A stretch of DNA of 63,994 bases, filler included, from Octopus bimaculoides (taxonomy: Eukaryota): NCBI RefSeq assembly GCF_001194135.2. It is 6 parts of 6 records of this genome, joined end to end, with 100 filler letters (N's around TTAATTAATTAA, not from the genome) between each part and the next. Parts side by side here need not be neighbours in the genome. Positions count along the whole stretch, not along the records: positions 1 to 6,984 come from NC_068987.1; positions 7,085 to 32,479 come from NC_068991.1; 4 more parts are not named here. One strand, given 5' to 3'. The notes beneath the pieces were generated by a model. That model was not told where the DNA came from, did not search any database, and saw only the letters and a program-made list of their open reading frames with translations. Both the position numbers and the translations under genes were made by a program. Of this stretch, positions 1-11,989 are shown in pieces; the first letter of the stretch is position 1, and every line of letters begins with the position of its first letter.

Positions 1-44
<44 letters not shown>

Positions 45-1759
45 GCAAATATTGGTGCAGGGCAATAACATGAAATACGTAAACTGCTGATATATTTCTG
101 TACTTTTCAACACTATATGTTTATAAGAAATGTTTTCTCAAAACAAATACCACAGTTAAAGCTTTCAATAGTATATGTTTTAAGTATGACATATAGATTG
201 CTAATTTGAACTAATATTGTTTCCATCACTAATAACAAATTCTAAATATTGCCTTCTGATTAATATTGATCTTGGAAAGTTTGTTTGGCAGCTTCTGAAA
301 CTCTAACAACTGCACCTCCTGCAAAATAATACTGATTGCAATGTTCTGGACACATTAATTTATTCGTATTTGATCGGTTGGTGCCAACAAATGAAAATGG
401 CACATTTCCAGTGCAGAGTTAATTAAAGCAAGAACATGGATTTACTGATGAGCTAGACGTATGGAAAATATCACATCACATTGACAAAGAATAGAAATAC
501 AGACATATGACTAGTTTGATGTAAGATAAACAAGTTACTGAATCTTTTTTGGAATATCCAGTTACAGAAATCAATCAGGCAAACAGAACTAATTAGCGTT
601 AGTGTAAGAGGTTGTCTTCTCAATATGCAAATTAGTCTGGACCATTCTTCAGAAATTATCTGAAGAATTACAGAAGTTCCAAAAGGTGAAGGCAAACATT
701 TGAATTATAAGAATGGCAGATGAATCGTTCCAGACTAAGAAAAGACATTTTGAAGAATCTAGGTTGTCCAAACTCCAAATTCTGTTTTATAAATTTCCAA
801 AAATAATGCAAGAAATAGCAGTTAAATCTCCCTTAAATCACACATTGTCATTTTCATTAACACTATTTACATTTGGTGGATATTTGTCCTGATCTTGTTT
901 GTTGTGAGCAACAGCAGTGGTGGTGNNNNNNNNNNNNNNNNNNNNNNNNNNNNNNNNNNNNNNNNNNNNNNNNNNNNNNNNNNNNNNNNNNNNNNNNNNN
1001 NNNNNNNNNNNNNNNNNNNNNNNNNNNNNNNNNNNNNNNNNNNNNNNNNNNNNNNNNNNNNNNNNNNNNNNNNNNNNNNNNNNNNNNNNNNNNNNNNNNN
1101 NNNNNNNNNNNNNNNNNNNNNNNNNNNNNNNNNNNNNNNNNNNNNNNNNNNNNNNNNNNNNNNNNNNNNNNNNNNNNNNNNNNNNNNNNNNNNNNNNNNN
1201 NNNNNNNNNNNNNNNNNNNNNNNNNNNNNNNNNNNNNNNNNNNNNNNNNNNNNNNNNNNNNNNNNNNNNNNNNNNNNNNNNNNNNNNNNNAGTAGTGGCA
1301 GTGGTAGTGGCGGTGGTAGTGGAGGTAGTAGTGGCGGTGGTAGTGGTGGTAGTAGTGGAGGTGGTAGTGGAGGTGGTAGTGGTGCAAGCTGAAATACCTG
1401 TAATCATAAGATCTACCCAGTCATGAAGCTACACTACCACAACCACCACCACCACCACCACCACAACAACAAAAACAATAACCAGCAAACCAACCACCCA
1501 TATTCACACACACACACACACACACACACAGTATGCCATTATCATCATCATCAGCAGTAGCAACAACAATAGGTGAGAAACAGTAACAAGATTCTTTGTT
1601 TTGATATCATGTGTCAGACAAGCTTTTAATATAATACAATCCATCATTCACTTTCGTGGTGTGAGATCCAAGCTTCAAAGATCTGATCTAGATCACCTCA
1701 CCTTAAACCTTCATTGTCCTACCCTGGGCTCATATATCCTTCTCTGTATCAACCATCAG

Positions 1760-1858
1760 TACACTTACACCCATTGACAATGAATCATTCATAGCATCGT
1801 TGTCTACTAAATTAGTCGATGCCTGTCTATGGTACTCAACACCTATAAGTGTTGGATG
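1760..1858 (+). CDS. Candidate 99-nt symmetric internal exon of an unidentified host gene
   Basis: Pyrimidine-rich acceptor with an AG-free zone of about 60 nt (ccttctctgtatcaaccatcag|), perfect donor GATG|GTGAGT, and one open frame (TLTPIDNESFIASLSTKLVDACLWYSTPISVG), phase 2/2. No recognised homology. Confidence 0.3.
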
Positions 1859-1881
1859 GTGAGTATATATATATATATATA

Positions 1882-2898
1882 TGCAGGTGTAATTGTCAGT
1901 AAGAAATCTGCTTTGTAACCACATGCAGTGGCAGACTGGCCAGGTTGCCAGCTGCCCCAATGGCAAGTGGGTTCCTGCGCCATTAGAATCCATATATGGG
2001 GCCCCATGTTAGTATCTAAGGGACCCATCCCCTCAAGTTTGAGAATTCTTTATTCACTCCTGGAAGAATGTGTACATCATTTACATCACGTGTAGCGGTA
2101 GCTAAATAGTAGAATGATCTCCCTTACAATAAAGATTATAGAGTAACCTCCCTTGTCTAAGTTTCTCGAAGCCTCTGTGTCATGAGCCATAATTCTTAAT
2201 TATTCAAGAAGCTTAATGTTTCTCTTGGAAGTTTCTAGAATGTCTAGCGTTCCATTAATAAAACCAGTCTGCTAAACCTGCTCTTTGCTTCTTAGTCGAT
2301 TAGGCTTAGAGCCATTCATGTCATTGCTATGTCCATCTATTTCTCTATGCTACAAGACTGAAAACCACCACTTAACTGTTATTTCTATACTTCCTATCTC
2401 TGAACTTTCTTGCATAGATTACTTCATTCAACTAGATTCTACATTTTGATTCTGTGTATCCATCATCGACCAGTAAATAAAATATATTTTTATGTAGTAA
2501 ATATATAGGTCTCAAATTTATTCTTCATCTCTTTATGAACTCTTGTAATAACATACACGCAGCCACATCAACACCTTGTACTGACTATATATTTCCACAA
2601 CAAATGTATTATTTCAGCCTGGCTGTGTTTGTAGACAGTTGAAAAAAATACTTTTAACAAAACAAAAAAAATTAAATGATAGCACTGCAGTTGCGAGTGG
2701 GCCCCCTTGTAGTTGCAAGTGAGACCCCTTGTAGTTACAGGTAGGCACCCTTAGTCTCCTAGCAACCAGTATTTTTAGACCCAGTCCACCACTGACCACA
2801 TGGTTTCAGGTTCAGTCCTACTGTGTGGTACCTTCAGTTCAGAAAAAATTTTGTGAGTGGATTTGGTAGAGGGAAACTGAAAGTCCATTATGTGTGTA
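1882..2898 (+). mobile_element. tRNA-head/CORE-type SINE (internal-microsatellite family) split by the hAT insertion
   Basis: Removing 1926-2802 joins ...ctttgtaaccacatg to gtttcaggttcagtcctactgtgtggtacc...gtgagtggatttggtagaggggaaactgaaag, matching the head and middle of the copies at 4681-4839 and 59945-60140. Confidence 0.6.
1926..2794. mobile_element. Non-autonomous hAT-type DNA element (869 bp) with TIRs and 8-bp TSD
   Basis: Left end CAGTGGCAGACTGG; right end reverse complement CAGTGGTGGACTGG. Identical 8-bp flanks ACCACATG at 1918-1925 and 2795-2802. Subterminal ~21-bp repeats at 2690-2760. Confidence 0.85.
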
Positions 2899-3110
2899 CA
2901 GGGTGGCACAAAAGTAGGTTTACAGTTATCATGTAGGCACTTTAAATTTCTTTTAAAACATTTTATTACATTTAAATTTCTATCTTACAATTAATTAAAT
3001 TAGCATAGAATAATGGTTTCATATTTTTTTATAATTAAGATCTAAATTGCTAATATACGAGTGTGAAAGAGATAGTTGAATATCCGTAAACCTACATTTG
3101 AGCCACCATA
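2899..3110. mobile_element. Tc1/mariner-type MITE (~210 bp)
   Basis: TIRs CAGGGTGGCACAAAAGTAGGTTTACAG (2899-2925) and CCGTAAACCTACATTTGAGCCACCATA (3084-3110); TA on both sides. Confidence 0.8.
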
Positions 3111-3112
3111 TA

Positions 3113-3490
3113 TTTTGGCATTGAAAGCTACACCAATGCCAGAATGGGTCGACACTGCACATTGCAAAAGATCCCAACAATGCCATCATGCTTCAGGACT
3201 ATATACTGCAACAGCCTGGGTTTCAGGGGCCCATAGCTTCTTAATATTCTCCCAAAGAGCCTGAGGGACCGACACAAAGTGGACATAGGTGTTTTCAAAT
3301 CAAAACTGGACCTCTTCATGTCAAGAGTCCCAGATGAACCTACCTCACGGCAAGAGGTGCAAATGAGGGTAGCGTCAGCAAGCTCCCTTGTTCACCAAAT
3401 GCCACATATTAGTGGAGGCTCTCAATAAAAACAGTGTAGCAAAACGGTGGTGGCCCAGCATGGCCACAGCCCTGAGCAGAAACTAAAAGA
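3113..3490 (+). mobile_element. 3' end of a CR1-group LINE (ORF2 C-terminus plus 3' UTR)
   Basis: Frame reads ESYTNARMGRHCTLQKIP...YCNSLGFRGP*LLNILPKSLRD...FKSKLDLFMSRVPDEP...SQ*, homologous by eye to the ORF2 tail at 57054-57314 (GRHCTLPKV...YCNTLEFKGPQLFNALPK). Confidence 0.85.
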
Positions 3491-3491
3491 A

Positions 3492-3531
<40 letters not shown>

Positions 3532-4680
3532 TATTATTATTATTATGTTTATACAGAGATGAATATAGTGAGAATTCAAAGAGATGTGAAGGGAAAAGTG
3601 ATGTAAAAAGGTTAGACAGTTAAGTAAGCAGAAGTAGGCAGACAAGTCAATATATGGGAGAGAGACAAACAAACTTAAAACTGTTCAGAGAAAAGCTGCC
3701 CTTTTCTATAGCTTTAATTTTAATACAACAATAATAACATGAGTGATTTCTAGAGATATTCATTGATAATTGGTTTCTATACAGTGTCTGTCTGTCCATT
3801 TGGTTCGTATAAAACTTTAATATTATTCCTTTAGACAATAATGGCCATTTATCATGTATATTGTCATAATCTATTTCCCTCTGGTAAAAATATTTTATTT
3901 TACATTTATGAAAATATCATAAAAACATTAAAAAAAAAAAAAGATTTTACACTGGGAAAAAAAAGTTAGTGCATTGAGAATTGCTGCTTTTTGAATTAGC
4001 AGTAAATCATTCTTTAATTGGCTAAATTCCATCACCGCATCAAGAGAGAGGGTTTGGCAAAAAATGCGCCAGTCTGGATATTTCGGCAGAAATGTTCTAT
4101 GCAGTACCTCATGGTTTTAAATCCTGTTCAGAATTATGAAAGCACTAAAAGCAAAGTATACACGACATTCATTTGTTCGTTTGTCATTTAATTGAATATC
4201 AGTAATTATACTAANNNNNNNNNNNNNNNNNNNNNNNNNNNNNNNNNNNNNNNNNNNNNNNNNNNNNNNNNNNNNNNNNNNNNNNNNNNNNNNNNNNNNN
4301 NNNNNNNNNNNNNNNNNNNNNNNNNNNNNNNNNNNNNNNNNNNNNNNNNNNNNNNNNNNNNNNNNNNNNNNNNNNNNNNNNNNNNNNNNNNNNNNNNNNN
4401 NNNNNNNNNNNNNNNNNNNNNNNNNNNNNNNNNNNNNNNNNNNNNNNNNNNNNNNNNNNNNNNNNNNNNNNNNNNNNNNNNNNNNNNNNNNNNNNNNNNN
4501 NNNNNNNNNNNNNNNNNNNNNNNNNNNNNNNNNNNNNNNNNNNNNNNNNNNNNNNNNNNNNNNNNNNNNNNNNNNNNNNNNNNNNNNNNNNNNNNNNNNN
4601 NNNNNNNNNNNNNNNNNNNNNNNNNNNNNNNNNNNNNNNNTATATATATATATATATATATATATTTATACTTGCATCAA

Positions 4681-4839
4681 GCTTCCATACAGTTTCTGCT
4701 GACCAAATTCACACTCAAAACATTGGATGGCCTGGTGCAATAGAAGAAGACATAGTCAAGGTGCCAAACAGTAGGACTGAACCCAAAACCACACGGTTGC
4801 AAAGCAAGGTTCTTAACCCCCACAGCCATCCTTGCACCT
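4681..4839 (-). mobile_element. 5' half of tRNA/CORE-type SINE (internal-microsatellite family)
   Basis: Reverse complement gives ggatggctgtg...gggttcagtcctactgtttggcaccttgactatgtcttc...aatttggtcagcagaaactgtatggaagc, followed by (TA)n. Confidence 0.55.
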
Positions 4840-5317
4840 ACTGAAGACAAAATATTTAATCCTCATTTAAAACTGAAACTTCAAATAATAATCTAAATTT
4901 TTCTACACAAATAAGCTGATGTTTTCAAATACATAATCTGAATTGAAATTCTTTTCTTTTTACCAAAAAACACAAGGAGAGAGATTTTGCTATCTGTGTA
5001 CCGGAATTACATCCCTAAGCTCTTAATTCTTATTAGGATAATACAGTGTATTTAGAAGCAGCTGAAAATCATATGGTAATAGCAGATACGGGTCCAACAA
5101 GGACGGTGTTCGTTTTTATAAGCAAAATAAATACTAGTGTTTTCTTTTCTAACTTAATGTAGTATGGGTAAACATCATTGTTTTTGGTGTGAAGCATTAA
5201 ATTGAGAAACATCACAAGTTTGGTAGCAGTTTATTGACAATGTGCAGATCTGTTTGAATATCTTAGATACAAGAAGATAGTTTTATTACACACAACACAG
5301 TACATACATACATATGT

Positions 5318-5370
<53 letters not shown>

Positions 5371-5577
5371 CAGACACGCACATACAAACATATATACATA
5401 CCTATGTACACATATATACAGACATGCACATACATACATATATATATATATACACATATATACATATATACACAAACATGCACATACATATATACATATA
5501 CAAACACACATATATATACACAGATATATACAGACACTCATGTATATATATATATATATATATATATNNNNNNNNNN

Positions 5578-5622
<45 letters not shown>

Positions 5623-6549
5623 TAAATATATAAATACATACATATACATATATATAAACACATATACAAACACAAACACACACATACAGATATAGGTGCA
5701 CACACACACAAATACACATGCAAACATATATATACAAACATACATATATATATATATATACAAACAGACACTCACATGAACCATACTGCTAAGCCTTTAA
5801 TACCTGCATAACAAATATTTTTGTCAGTATTGTACATATTATGACAGCAGTGTGTGCATGTGTGTTTAATATATACATACATACATACATGCATGCATAC
5901 ATACATATACATGTGCAGACTATATAGAAATAGCAATAACCAGATTGATGAGAACGATCATTCTTTTATGTAAGCAAGATGAATACTAACGCTGTAATTG
6001 TTTTAACACTATCCTTTGTCTTATAACTTAATGTTGCATAGTTGGTGAACATCTACACACATTACAGTCTATCGTTGTGTTAAATCCAAAGTACTTACAC
6101 ATCCTTTTCACAAATTGGAAGCATTTCCTTTGTGTTCTATTGATCTGTTCGTGTTTTCAGGAGACATGTGGGTTTCTTGGTGAAATGAAAAGTACTAAAG
6201 CATCCTTACATGTATTATATAACTAAGGTTTTAGTATTTAGTATGCAGTGCTTTTTTGAAAAATAAAAGACTGTTTATTGTATTTAAGGGTTACACTAGA
6301 ACTTAGAATTGGTTTAAGCTTGTATCTGATTCATTATACTGTTCTAACAAGTTTAAAATTCCAGAAATGTATCTTTTTATCTTTCGTTTTTTTATATTTT
6401 ACTTGCATCAGTCATTGGATTGTGGCCATGCTGGAGTATCATCATGAAGGTTTTAGTCAAACAAATGATTCTTAGGATTTATGGATTTTGGGATTTTTTT
6501 TGTTTTGTTTTAAACCTGCCCACCACAACAGAATTCAGATCCTAAAACC

Positions 6550-6840
6550 AAGGTGCCATGTAAAAAGCACTGGTGTGGGTACTGGTGCTACATAAAAAAA
6601 GCACAGGTCATGGTGCCATATAATAAAAGCACTGGTGGTGGTGCCACATAAAAGGCACCCAGTACATTCGGTTTTAGACCCGCCACCACGACAGAACTGG
6701 GATCCTAAAACCAAGGTCCCACATGAAAAGAATTGGTGTGGGTGCTGGTGCCAAGGAAAAAGTGCCGGTGCCACAAAAGACACTCCATGGAGTGGTTGGC
6801 ATCAGAAAGGGCATTCAGCCCCAAAATCTATCAATTCTTT
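6550..6840 (+). repeat. Interspersed repeat with internal tandem GGTGCCACATAAAAAGCAC units
   Basis: At least six degenerate ggtgc(c/t)a(c/t)a(t/a)aaaa(a)gcac units, then gagtggttggcatcagaaagggcattcagcc. Confidence 0.55.
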
Positions 6841-6920
6841 ACAACGTACCAGAGTGACAAACAGAATTAGCTTGCACACTACACAGGGTTTGGAAAAGAG
6901 AAGGATGGGAGTGATCAAAC

Positions 6921-6984
<64 letters not shown>

Positions 6985-7084
6985 NNNNNNNNNNNNNNNN
7001 NNNNNNNNNNNNNNNNNNNNNNNNNNNNTTAATTAATTAANNNNNNNNNNNNNNNNNNNNNNNNNNNNNNNNNNNNNNNNNNNN
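6985..7084. other. Artificial scaffold spacer N44-TTAATTAATTAA-N44
   Basis: Exactly 100 bp, with a six-frame-stop 12-mer at 7029-7040. The identical construct occurs five times in the window. Confidence 0.95.
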
Positions 7085-7400
7085 GTTGTGAGTGTTTATT
7101 GAGCGAAAACACCTAAAGCTCCACGAGGCTCCGGCAGGGGATGGTGGCGAACCCTACTGTACTCTTCCACCACAACTTTCTCTCACTCTTTCTTCCTGTT
7201 TCTGTTGTACCTGTAATTCAAAGGGTCAGCCTTGTCACACTGTGTGTCACGCTGAATCTCCCAGAGAACTACGTTAAGGGTACACGTGTCTGTGGAGTGC
7301 TCAGCCACTTGCACGTTAATTTCACGAGCAGGCTGTTCCGTTGATTGGATCAACTGGAACCCTCGACGTCGTAAGCGACGGAGTGCCAACAACAACAACA
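7085..7400 (+). mobile_element. SINE, central module X plus 3' tail T1, (ACA)n tail; head lost in the gap
   Basis: Contains aaacacctaaagctccacg (shared with 62636-62930 and 37725-37850) and the tail gccttgtcacac...ctgttccgttgat...gtgcca (shared with 7695-7997), then aacaacaacaac. Confidence 0.75.
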
Positions 7401-7694
7401 GTTTGTGTGAACATATATAATTGTACAAATATACATGTATGCATACAAGCACTTATATTTGTACATTTATACATGTATACGTGCATACACAAAAAAATAC
7501 ATATGTATGTATACATAAATCAAAACGTACAGATCTACACACTCAATGACATACATGCGTGCACGCACGTACATATATGGGTAGATATATATGTAGATAC
7601 ATATAAAACTATATAGTTGGTGTTGGCCAAAATCAAATGAAATAGCTTTGTTTATTAGTTGGCAGCTGGCTTCTTTGTTGAAAATTCGAAGATT

Positions 7695-7997
7695 AACTGG
7701 CACGCCATCGATTACGACGGCAATAGTTCCAGTAGATCCGATCAACGGAACAGCTTGTTCTTGAGACTAGCGTGGAAGTGGCTGAGCATTCCCCAGACAC
7801 GCGTACGCTTTCACATACTTCTCAGGGAGATACAGCGTAACACAGAGTGTGACAAGGCTGGCCCCCTGACATACAGGTACTACTCATTTTTGCTAGCTAA
7901 GTGGACTGGAGCACTGTGAAATAAAACGCGCCGCCGGGAAACGAACTCACGATCCTACGATTGCGAGCCGAATACCCTGACCACTTAGCCACGCGCC
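7695..7997 (-). mobile_element. tRNA-derived SINE, CORE-like central module Y plus tail T1
   Basis: Minus strand: A-box gtggctaagtgg, B-box gagttcgtttcc, module tttatttcacagtgctccagtccacttagct, then tail T1. Confidence 0.8.
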
Positions 7998-8051
7998 TTC
8001 ACGATTAAACCCCAACCAACAGACACAGATATAAATACACAGGTGCACGTG

Positions 8052-8083
<32 letters not shown>

Positions 8084-8507
8084 NNNNNNNNNNNNNNNNN
8101 NNNNNNNNNNNNNNNNNNNNNNNNNNNNNNNNNNNNNNNNNNNNNNNNNNNNNNNNNNNNNNNNNNNNNNNNNNNNNNNNNNNNNNNNNNNNNNNNNNNN
8201 NNNNNNNNNNNNNNNNNNNNNNNNNNNNNNNNNNNNNNNNNNNNNNNNNNNNNNNNNNNNNNNNNNNNNNNNNNNNNNNNNNNNNNNNNNNNNNNNNNNN
8301 NNNNNNNNNNNNNNNNNNNNNNNNNNNNNNNNNNNNNNNNNNNNNNNNNNNNNNNNNNNNNNNNNNNNNNNNNNNNNNNNNNNNNNNNNNNNNNNNNNNN
8401 NNNNNNNNNNNNNNNNNNNNNNNNNNNNNNNNNNNNNNNNNNNNNNNNNNNNNNNNNNNNNNNNNNNNNNNNNNNNNNNNNNNNNNNNNNNNNNNNNNNN
8501 NNNNNNN

Positions 8508-8755
8508 AAACTGAAAGAAGCCTGTCGTATATATGTATATATATGTATGTGTGTGTGTGTGTGTTTGTGTGTCTGCGTTTGTGCCCCCAACATCGCTTGA
8601 CAACCGATGCTGGTGTGTTTACGTCCCCGAAACTTAGTGGTTAGCCAAAAGACACCGATAAAATAAGTCCTGGGGTCGATTTGCTCGACTAAAGGTGGTG
8701 CTCGAGCATGGCCGCAGTCAAATGACTGAAACAAGTAAAAGAGTAAAGAGTAAAT
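8508..8755 (+). mobile_element. 3' half of the internal-microsatellite SINE family
   Basis: aaactgaaagaagcctgtcg-(TA/TG)n-gtttacgtcccc...gggtcgatttgctcgactaaagg...gcagtcaaatgactgaaacaagtaaaag; matching pieces at 20610-20895, 47345-47580 and 48985-49110. Confidence 0.75.
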
Positions 8756-9235
8756 ACTAGATTAAACCGCCGATGCTCAGATATATTTCGGTCAATAAAC
8801 TCCCCACTTGAGTGGGTTACGGTGTCCAAAAACATGACTTCAAAAAAGACTTCCCTGAGTGGTTTGGGCGCAAAATGGCCGGAACCTGTCTAAAGTATAT
8901 AAATCAAGTTGAGGCCACAGCCTCTGTCTGAATCAAATAATAAAATAATAGAGTATATATGCACACACAAAACCATAACCACATACACTCAAATACCCTC
9001 ACAAACACGCGATACAGAGTAATGAAGCAGCGTAAATAAAGAAAACTAATACATCCCGAGGGAAAATGTTTAAAAGAAAAACAAACAAACAAACAATCAA
9101 AGAAAAACATGTAAAGACAGCTATCTTGTATTTGAACTGGAAAAAATTAGTGGAGGGGAGGGGAAATGTCAGCGAATGAACATGAACAGACAAGCAACTG
9201 AAGTCCACACTCTTCTTATAAACTGATTTTATATA

Positions 9236-9268
<33 letters not shown>

Positions 9269-10049
9269 TTACACACGCACATATACAGACATGCACAGTT
9301 ACACACACACACACACCNNNNNNNNNNNNNNNNNNNNNNNNNNNNNNNNNNNNNNNNNNNNNNNNNNNNNNNNNNNNNNNNNNNNNNNNNNNNNNNNNNN
9401 NNNNNNNNNNNNNNNNNNNNNNNNNNNNNNNNNNNNNNNNNNNNNNNNNNNNNNNNNNNNNNNNNNNNNNNNNNNNNNNNNNNNNNNNNNNNNNNNNNNN
9501 NNNNNNNNNNNNNNNNNNNNNNNNNNNNNNNNNNNNNNNNNNNNNTATATATATATTATATATATTATATATATATGACTTGTATATATATTCTCCCTCA
9601 AGCGGCTGCAACTGAGATTCATTTCAACCGCCTCTTCGGAAGTCTCTGCCCCGCCATTAACTTCTGTAACTCCAATAACACCAAAGTAGCTGAGGAGTTT
9701 TCGTGTTCGATAAGAATGCAGAAATCTCCAAAATGAGCATGTCAAGATATGTAACTCTATGCATGAGAAGATATACATAAAACAAAACATACAAAACTGA
9801 ACAATGACATACATACATACATACATACATACATACATACAAACAAAAATACACTTGTTGATGTTGAAATTCCAATGAAAGAGCTTTGGATCTAGGTGAG
9901 AAACCAGCTCTTTCTCTATTGACAAGAAATCTTGAAATAAAACTGAATAGTCACACACACACACACACACACATCTACATAACAACCCACTAACAATTCT
10001 ACCTCTATATAAATATAAACTGTGAGTATGGGAGTATGATTACCTACTA

Positions 10050-11075
10050 GGTATATTTCCTATTTAGTACTGGGGATGTTTCATTTATGAGGACGTACTC
10101 CTTGTATTTGTCTGAGAGTTGTGTCCTTTGGGTACTTGGATAAAATGCAGATGTTAAGTTGACCCAGGTTGCCTCCATGTTGGTCCTTGGCATGTTGATA
10201 GAGTATGGAGGACTGTTTTTTTGTCGTCATATTGTCTCAAATGTCCATTTAGTCTTTCCGCAACGCTCCTAGATGTCTCCCCTATGTATGTCATGTTCAT
10301 GTCTTTACAAGCACCTTCTATGCATTTTATGCTGTAGACTACATTTATAGTTCTACAGTTAATGCCAAGGTTAATCCTACATACCATGCAGTTATCATTG
10401 GTGCATATGGTATTCTCAAAGGAATACGTCCTACATAATTGTGATCTGATGGAGTTTCCTGGCTTTTCAATAATCTTAATGTTGAGTTTGGTCTCTTTCA
10501 GAGCTTTCCTAAATCTACGGGCTAGTTCTCCACGAACTGTGTCCTCTACAAACATCAGTCCTTGATATTTGTCGGTTTTATACCACGTGTTCACCCTGCT
10601 TGCTTTGTCACAAGCTCTTTGTATTCTATTCCAGTCTTTGTTTCTATATCTAGGGCAGTATCACTGGTTTCATTACATATAATGTTATCTAACTTCTTTC
10701 TAGCACCCCTGTATACTAGAACCCTATCTTTCTGATCATATCCACAGAATTGCATGCGGTGCATGAAGTTCTGTACATGTTTCTTCGTTTCATAGGGTTT
10801 GCATAGTGGGGACATGTTGTTCATTATCCTAACTAAGTCTGCTATCAGTATGCTAATTTTCATGTTGTGTGACAAAGCTGAATTCTTGTGAACAACATAT
10901 TTCGAAGCTATGGGTTCCATGTAAACGGAGTGGAGGAGCTGCACTTTGTTGTTCACAGTCTCCAACCAAAGTTCAGTATCAAGGACGAGGAGTCTATTGT
11001 TGAGGTGCCTAGTGGGGTAATCTATAGTTACCTTGATACTTTGGTGGATGGAGTTAGCTACTTGCTGGATGCTCT

Positions 11076-11082
<7 letters not shown>
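10050..11082 (-). mobile_element. Penelope-like element relic (RT thumb plus GIY-YIG endonuclease), probably Neptune-type
   Basis: ORF 10591-11082 has IKVTIDYP...LLVLDTELW...KYVVHKNSALSHNMKISIL (PLE RT C-terminus). ORF 10154-10594 has C..DNCMVC...CRTINVVYSIKC...TYIGETSRSVAERLNGH (GIY-YIG with Cys linker). A frameshifted tail reads EYVLINETSPVLNRK. Confidence 0.85.
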
Positions 11083-11115
<33 letters not shown>

Positions 11116-11989
11116 CTTGCTTGGTGAGGAGGGTGATTGTTGGACACCCTGCAGGACGAAAAATAAGACCTGTCAAAGGGTGGAAGGGCTCATGAGCATG
11201 TGTGTATGACGTAGTGGAAGGAATTAGTAACAGGAATAGTTAGTGGATGCTTATGGACAATGGTAAGTGGAAGGTCAGCAGGCGGTTTTTGAGTATGTGT
11301 GTGTTCGTGTGTGTGTTTCTGTGGGGTTGTAGGTGTTGGGTACGTGTACGTGTGTGTGTGTATTTTGTATGTGCGCGTGTGTGTATGTGTATGTATTTGT
11401 GCGTGCGTGTGTTTGTGTGTATGTGTATGTTGTGTATATGTGCGTTGCTGTGTACGTGTGTGTGCGTGCGTTTGCTATTGTATGTGCGTGTGTTGTTTAT
11501 GCCCATGTGTGTGTGATTGTATNNNNNNNNNNNNNNNNNNNNNNNNNNNNNNNNNNNNNNNNNNNNNNNNNNNNNNNNNNNNNNNNNNNNNNNNNNNNNN
11601 NNNNNNNNNNNNNNNNNNNNNNNNNNNNNNNNNNNNNNNNNNNNNNNNNNNNNNNNNNNNNNNNNNNNNNNNNNNNNNNNNNNNNNNNNNNNNNNNNNNN
11701 NNNNNNNNNNNNNNNNNNNNNNNGTGTGCGCGTGTGTGTATATTTTTTGTGCGTGCGTGTATGTGTATATTGTGTATGTTTTCGTGCGTGCGTGTGTGTT
11801 GTGTATGTGAGTGAGTATTGTGTATGTGAGAGGTGTGTGTTCGTGTGTGCATGTGTGTATATGTGTATGTGTGTTGTGTATGTGTGTGTGTGTGTGTGTT
11901 TGTGTATGTGAGAGGTGTGTGTGCGTGTGTGTATGTGTGTGTGTATGTGTGTGTATAGGGCTGTGTAAGGTGTGTGTCTCTCACTCACT

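Noticed and set aside
838-1426. Thr/Ser/Gly/His-rich ORFs (mucin- or antifreeze-like)
   Set aside because: GGT/AGT microsatellite plus an N gap, open in most frames; no splice or codon evidence.
4108-4130. Minus-strand cag|GAT TTA AAA CCA (DLKP), resembling a kinase catalytic loop
   Set aside because: Followed at once by TGA, with no HRD upstream or EN downstream; a chance match.
9570-9950. Open stretches on both strands within ORF 9299-9985
   Set aside because: No recognisable domain and no consistent strong splice-site pair.
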